A stretch of DNA of 64,000 bases from a virus, in IMG/VR virus record IMGVR_UViG_3300021437_000013, positions 1-64,000 of that record; one strand, 5' to 3'. Below are positions 62,482-64,000 of this stretch, in pieces. The notes below the pieces were generated by a model. The model worked only from the letters and a program-made list of their open reading frames with translations. It was not told the DNA's origin and made no database searches. Positions within the stretch are counted from its first letter, which is position 1; the number at the start of each line of letters is the position of its first letter. The position numbers and the translations under genes are program-made.

Positions 62482-64000
62482 AAATCCTCCAATAAGTGTT
62501 TATTCTTAACTAAAGAATAATCTATAAATGGATTTTCGTCAAGGATATTATCTAAAATACTTACCGTATCATATACCCTATTTATGAGCTTTTCAACATT
62601 AACATCATTATTATAATCTTCAATACACCTTAATCCAGTAATCTTTGTTTCTTTAACTTTTACTTTACCATTCTTTAATTGAGTTTCTTCTTTCAAAGAA
62701 GATATAACACATGGAAATAAATAAATCTTATCCCCTTCTTGTACTTCCTTTTTAGCTATAGCATCCCATATATCACGTTCATTCTTTCTTGCTTCGGGAT
62801 TCTTAGCACAATCTAAAACTGGCTTTGTTACTGTTTTCTTTTGACACCATCTTAGTATGTCAGTGACATTCATAGCTTCTCTTAAATAGCTATGATAGAT
62901 TTCTTTAAGATTACGGCCGTTATTTTCTAAGGAATCTCTAATTAAATCATCTAATAGCTCTTTTAAAGCCGGTTCAAGCTTACTACTCTTTAATGCGCTA
63001 CCTTTCTTAGTATATTTACTGCCAGTCTTTAATACATAATTCTTAGCTTTTAATGCTAAACAAGAATCGTAATATCCGTCATTTTCCCATTCAATCATAT
63101 CGGGAGATAAATCATTAATCTCTTTTGTTAAAGTTTCAATCTCTTCACTACTAAACTTGCTCATATCAGCTTTACAAAATGAAATTGAATCTGTATCACT
63201 TGGGCCAATAATAAAGTCATGTTGAATAGTAGCAGGGAGTTTTCCATCTAATGATAAATATTTCTGTTTATCAGCTTTAACTTGCATTTTAGCATAAAAC
63301 TTATCAATCCAATAATGATAATTATTCCCACTGGCCCAACGTAATGCCAAATCAATTACTTCTCTGGTTTCTTTAGTAATAATCTGTGCAATATGTGCAT
63401 CATTAAAATTAAGGCCAGAAGTATTAGTTACACCGTAGGAAGAATTGATAATTATCTTATTTACTGAATCTAAATCTTTCCAGTATTGTTCACCAGTTTC
63501 TTTAGCCAGTTTTTTATATTCAAAGCGTTTATTAGCAAAGTAATTAACCATATTATAAAAATTAGCTCTTGGGTCTTTAGTTTTATTATAAAGCTTTAAT
63601 CTTAATATTTGTGATGGATATGCCGACTTTATATCAACTTTAAATAAGTTATTATAAATACCAGGAATACCAAAACTAATACCGCCCTCCACTTTCTCTT
63701 CCGATATATCATCAGCTAATGGGATACTTTCACCTATTTGTAGATATGACCTAACTAAAAATGAGTTTATTTGTCCACCAGTAGCAGTTTCCATCATCAT
63801 TTGGAAACTCTTTGGGATATGTTGAGTAAAATAAAAAAAAGGAGATGCAAACGTATCAAATAGCTTTAAAGAGTCTTCTGCGTCCTCTTCTGCATATTGA
63901 ATAACTTTAAGCTTCATTTCTGGACTTTTCCAGTATTCAGCTATCTTACTGGCATCAATATATGTTCTATCCGCTTTATCTTGTCCTATAGCTTTAATAA
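62478..64000 (-). CDS. family B DNA polymerase (5'-truncated by the window edge)
   Basis: VDIKSAYPS, KIIINSSYG, SDTDS, KNYV and ExoIII-like YAEEDA. The frame stays open from 63917 to the window end. Confidence 0.92.
   Translation of the reverse strand, partial: IKAIGQDKADRTYIDASKIAEYWKSPEMKLKVIQYAEEDAEDSLKLFDTFASPFFYFTQHIPKSFQMMMETATGGQINSFLVRSYLQIGESIPLADDISEEKVEGGISFGIPGIYNNLFKVDIKSAYPSQILRLKLYNKTKDPRANFYNMVNYFANKRFEYKKLAKETGEQYWKDLDSVNKIIINSSYGVTNTSGLNFNDAHIAQIITKETREVIDLALRWASGNNYHYWIDKFYAKMQVKADKQKYLSLDGKLPATIQHDFIIGPSDTDSISFCKADMSKFSSEEIETLTKEINDLSPDMIEWENDGYYDSCLALKAKNYVLKTGSKYTKKGSALKSSKLEPALKELLDDLIRDSLENNGRNLKEIYHSYLREAMNVTDILRWCQKKTVTKPVLDCAKNPEARKNERDIWDAIAKKEVQEGDKIYLFPCVISSLKEETQLKNGKVKVKETKITGLRCIEDYNNDVNVEKLINRVYDTVSILDNILDENPFIDYSLVKNKHLLEDL

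Noticed and set aside
62478-63917. Met at 63917 as the polymerase start, or a split polymerase
   Set aside because: The frame stays open to the window edge, so the gene is simply truncated.
1-64000. Stop-codon reassignment
   Set aside because: Long genes are intact under the standard code, and TAA, TAG and TGA all terminate genes at sensible junctions.

Overview
This window is a 64-kb piece of an AT-rich (roughly one third G+C by eye) tailed dsDNA phage with podovirus-like morphogenesis genes. Bases 1-12.4 kb and 54.9-64 kb are leftward early and replication genes behind sigma70-type promoters: dUTPase, ThyX, class II ribonucleotide reductase, dCMP deaminase, dNMP kinase, two DNA methyltransferases, a family B DNA polymerase cut off by the window end, HNH nucleases, an M15 peptidase and a lytic transglycosylase. 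Bases 16.3-54.9 kb are a rightward late module: intein-containing large terminase, trypsin-like protease, portal, two ~1,400-aa repeat-rich fibres, scaffold, major capsid, adaptor and nozzle, ejection proteins and holin-like proteins. The most unusual part is the 12.4-16.3 kb switch region. It holds two diverged copies of a ~330-nt structured RNA with compensatory base changes and a pseudoknot, and a third ~440-nt multi-hairpin RNA that starts at a phage-specific late promoter and is followed by a G-quadruplex motif. It also carries an iteron-like AT-rich segment and two orphan ORFs. Window-wide signals are a 13-copy late promoter motif TAACAACTA, about 10-fold over-representation of ACGGCC/GGCCGT and strong GATC depletion. 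No tRNA, CRISPR array, integrase or reverse transcriptase was recognised. All calls come from reading motifs by eye, with no database searches.
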